From Amphiscolops sp. MND2022 (lineage: Eukaryota): DNA of 64,000 nt. The notes below the pieces were generated by a model. The model saw only the letters and a list, made by a program, of their open reading frames with translations, searched no databases and had not been told where the DNA came from. The translations under genes were made by a program, and so were the position numbers. Below are positions 61,601 through 64,000 of the stretch, in pieces. Position 1 is the stretch's first letter; each line of letters begins with the position of its first letter. The stretch is from the NCBI GenBank assembly GCA_964187785.1, contig OZ076409.1:98086001-98150000 (forward strand), read 5' to 3'.

Positions 61601-64000
61601 GCTCGGACAACTACCCGATGATACCCCCTCCACAACAACAAGCCAACATCCAGCAACCTAATCAGTCTCCGGTAGCACCAACGCCTGCCCAAAAAATGCA
61701 ACAACAACCTCCCCAACCAGCAACATACCAACAACAACCCATGCCACCGGCAACCTATCGACAGCAATCCCAAAGGGCGTGCTTCAACTGCGGAGACCCA
61801 TCGCACTTCGTGGTAGACTGCCCCCTGAAGGATCGTGCACGAAAACCGGTGCAACAACAAGTAAACTCCTGCCACACGAACCCGACTGGCAGTTGGGTGT
61901 GCCCCTCTCAGCCACATGGCTTGAACTATGATGTTTTCCCAGCATCCCTGCCAACCCAAGGCACAGTTGCCTTCTGCATTAATTGCGACCGTACTGAGCA
62001 CTCGGCGTCGGAATGCATGGCCTCGGAACAAATGAGTCACGAAGAACAAATCCGTGCAGCGTGGTATGCTCCTTCACCAAGCCAATTCGATGGCCTGAGC
62101 CAAGACGACCAAGTCCGGGTAATATCGATAGCGGAAGATGGGGGTCCCTCCCGACCTATAGTAGTCACTTGTGGCGAGAAACAAGTACTCACCACGCTGG
62201 AGGCACCCGCCCCAGATTGCACAGAAACACTTATCTCGATACACTTGCTTCTCTCGGCCGAGCAAAAAACGCGACCCACGCTGACGCTATCGCAACTAAA
62301 GGAGGAATTGTGCAGAAACGTGAAATATACAATCGCAGCGCGACCGCTCCCGCATTTCGCAAGAGAAGACGAAACGAAACTGGCCCCAATACAGAAAGTC
62401 AAAACCGTTTCTCCGGTGCCGGTAGCCATCAACGTAGACGGTGTAGATATGAAGCTTGACGCCATTGTAGTCTTAGAAGGTCACTTCCCTCAGGGATTGT
62501 ACTTGGGCCGCCAGGAGTTACGATGTTATAATATTGGAGTGCAAGATGCCCAGGGGGAGGCTCGCATTGATGAACGGGCATCCCTGGTAGTTGCCTTTGG
62601 CAATACAATCCAGGAACCAATACCCTTATACGGGATGATTGACACCGGTTCCGGTGTCTCCATTCTCTCCCTTAAGGCCTATCAAAAGATTGCATCACCC
62701 CACGCCTTGAGCCTCCTACCTTACGACATCCAACTGTATGCCGCCAATGGTAAAACCATCAACACCATCGGAATTGCCGAAAATGTTAGCTTCCAGTTGT
62801 GCGGGCATACCCTTCGAACCAATTTTATAGTCATCGCCGATCACCTAGGTGCGGAGGACTTCTTACTTGGCAGAAACTTCTTGCGCACTTACAACGTTCT
62901 CGTGGACCTGACGGCCATGAGGGTCACCATACGAGACCCCAAAGCGCCACGTCACTTCAAACCCGTTCATGAGGTAAGTGACCATGAGCCATCCTTAGTG
63001 ATATCCACCGAAAAAGTAGTCCTAGGCCCTTATGAGCGTAAACTGGTGAGAGCCCAAATTATTTCTCAAAAGCACAATGAATACCTCTTCCGAAACGTAA
63101 TGATTCGCCCCCAGGGGGTACATAAACGATCCCCCTTTGTTTCAGAAGATACATTGACGTCTGTTGGAGATGAAGGCATTGTTTTCATAGCAGTACGAAA
63201 CACTACCACCTTTGAAAACATAACCATTCAAACCAAAACTGTCCTCGGTAAGGCAGAACCTACAAACTTTGTGTTACAACCTGTGGCTGCCGACACGGCA
63301 ACCGAAATTGATAAACCTTTGTTTGAACAAGTTAATAGAGTTTATACCGATGAGTGGTTGAACAAAACGAGTTCCGAATATAGTTCTTTTGCTCAAAATT
63401 TTTTGTCCTCTACTGAGATATCTGAAGAAGGATTGTCGGAAAGCGAGAAGCGTGCTCAGACTGACCCACAATTACTAAGACCTATACCAGGTCCAGACCT
63501 CTCTTCCGTCCTTTCTTCATGGGGGGAGGGAGCGAGAGATCAACTAGCAAGCGTCCTGAGTGAGTACGATGATCTTTTTATGAAGCATAAAGCTGACATA
63601 GGGAAGTGCAAAATAGCGAAACATCGTATAGAACTAGAGCCGGAAGCTATCCCGCATAGAGAAGGCGCTCGGCGCATGTCCCCAGATAAGGCAGCAAAGG
63701 CTAATCAAGAGGTGCGGAATTTGCTGGCCCTTGGTCTAATTCAACCATCCTATTCACCGTGGGCAAGCGGAATAGTCATGGTCAAAAAGAAAACAGGCGA
63801 ACTTCGCTTCTGCTGCGACTTCCGACCGCTCAACGACGTAACGGTCAAGGACGCGTTCCCATTGCCCAGGATTGATGAAAGTCTATCCCGGATAGGCAAA
63901 GCGAAAATTTTCACAAGTATTGACCTAGCGTGGGCCTTCTGGCAGATACCGCTAAAGAAGCGCGATAGAAGGAAAACAGCATTTGCCTGCGAACTGGGCT
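55614..64000 (+). mobile_element. Second Ty3/Gypsy element, 5' part (runs off the window)
   Basis: LTR from TGTAACGTCC (55614) to 56331 or 56347; PBS TGGCGACCAC (tRNA-Arg-like) at 56348; ~3-kb leader; gag-pol. Confidence 0.9.
59319..64000 (+). pseudogene. gag-pol: Gag-Pol polyprotein with a 10-bp duplication frameshift (59922-59941) and a TAG at 61405
   Basis: Knuckles CFNCGDPSHFVVDC and CINCDRTEHSASEC, MIDTGSG at ~62640, RT SPWASGIVMVKKK..LRFCCDFR..SIDLAWAFWQ, all in one frame from 61408 to the window end. Confidence 0.9.

Overview
AT-rich eukaryotic (probably invertebrate animal) genomic DNA made almost entirely of mobile elements plus four 5' exons of one host cytochrome P450 gene. 1-8138 is the right part of a decaying Polinton/Maverick (adintovirus-like) endogenous virus: adenain protease, major and minor capsid, core protein, integrase, packaging ATPase, exonuclease and an EGF-like gene. 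~8.6-20.5 kb is a triplicated block of CRE-clade non-LTR retrotransposon fragments and MITEs. It includes a 425-bp TRIM whose LTRs carry a tRNA-like gene whose 3' end plus CCA is the exact complement of the element's own primer-binding site. 23321-38255 is a TSD-bounded 14.9-kb Gypsy element with a 6.8-kb accessory region holding a sense orphan ORF, an antisense multi-exon zinc-finger gene that looks hAT-transposase-derived, and clustered motif repeats. That element is nested in a MITE that is itself nested in a solo LTR. Further right are a BEL/Pao remnant inside a CCC-ended TIR element, CYP exons, a solo LTR, and the 5' half of a second Gypsy element with an apparent tandem pseudo-protease/protease. 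Family assignments were made by eye from motifs, without database searches.
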